From: a virus
Taxonomy: Duplodnaviria > Caudoviricetes
Strand: one strand, 5' to 3'
Length of the DNA stretch: 64,000 nt
Virus record (IMG/VR): IMGVR_UViG_3300038393_003049
Location: 6,167-70,166 of that record
Shown here: one piece after another, positions 63,835 to 64,000 of the stretch
Numbering within the stretch: the first letter of the stretch is position 1
Layout of the letters: every line of letters begins with the position of its first letter
The notes under the pieces: generated by a model
Told to the model about the DNA's origin: nothing
Database searches by the model: none
The model's input: only the letters and a program-made list of their open reading frames with translations
Made by a program: the position numbers and the translations under genes

Positions 63835-63906
63835 CGTCTCGTAGCTCAGCGGCAGAGCGCCCGCTCGACACGCGGATGCGCGGAGGTTCGAGTCCTCCCG
63901 GGACGA
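63835..63906 (+). tRNA. tRNA-Val(GAC), C33
   Basis: CCGC-TCGACAC-GCGG. Confidence 0.87.
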
Positions 63907-64000
63907 CGGGACAGTCCATGCCGGGACGTCTCATCGCGGTGGGCCGCCCGGGCCCCCGCGGGCCCCCCCCCCAACCCCCAGGGCCGCCCAGCGAAAGGCC

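Noticed and set aside
63960-63985. C-rich run near the window end as a repeat or telomere
   Set aside because: Short low-complexity GC stretch at the edge with no context to support a function.

Overview
This is a 64 kb segment of a large, GC-rich tailed phage of an actinobacterial host. No integrase or host housekeeping genes are visible. Layout: (i) 1-15.2 kb, plus-strand head module containing a giant HExxH virion-type protein, a 2H phosphoesterase, a four-gene sugar-synthesis/glycosylation cassette, an odd tRNA-like RNA, a multidomain HK97 prohead protease, the major capsid protein, an HNH endonuclease and the head-tail adaptor; (ii) 15.2-45 kb, minus-strand replication/recombination/repair arm (RuvC-like, UDG-SLOG-NADAR triple fusion, Cas4-like nuclease, RecA, DnaE, SSB-like, primase, sigma factor, DnaB, DnaC-like, 5'-3' exonuclease, DinG, MazG-like); (iii) 45-56 kb, accessory and regulatory genes, then further head-closure/neck genes and a Tad1/Acb2-hairpin-like protein; (iv) 56.3-64 kb, an array of 28 tRNAs that runs up to the window edge and may continue beyond it, holding a 1.1 kb non-coding block, several structured spacers, a VWA gene and an HNH gene. 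The most unusual signals are RNA-level: a CCA-ending tRNA body with a ~96-nt structured insertion in the D-loop, C in place of the near-invariant U33 in 9 of 28 tRNAs, a circularly permuted tRNA-like fold, and a candidate large ornate ncRNA. Also notable are a TCTAA-N6-TTAGA operator regulon, a perfect 30-bp inverted repeat inside an ORF, and AT-rich recoded patches on conserved motifs, one of them the DnaE intein site. All assignments come from motif recognition and manual folding; no searches were run.
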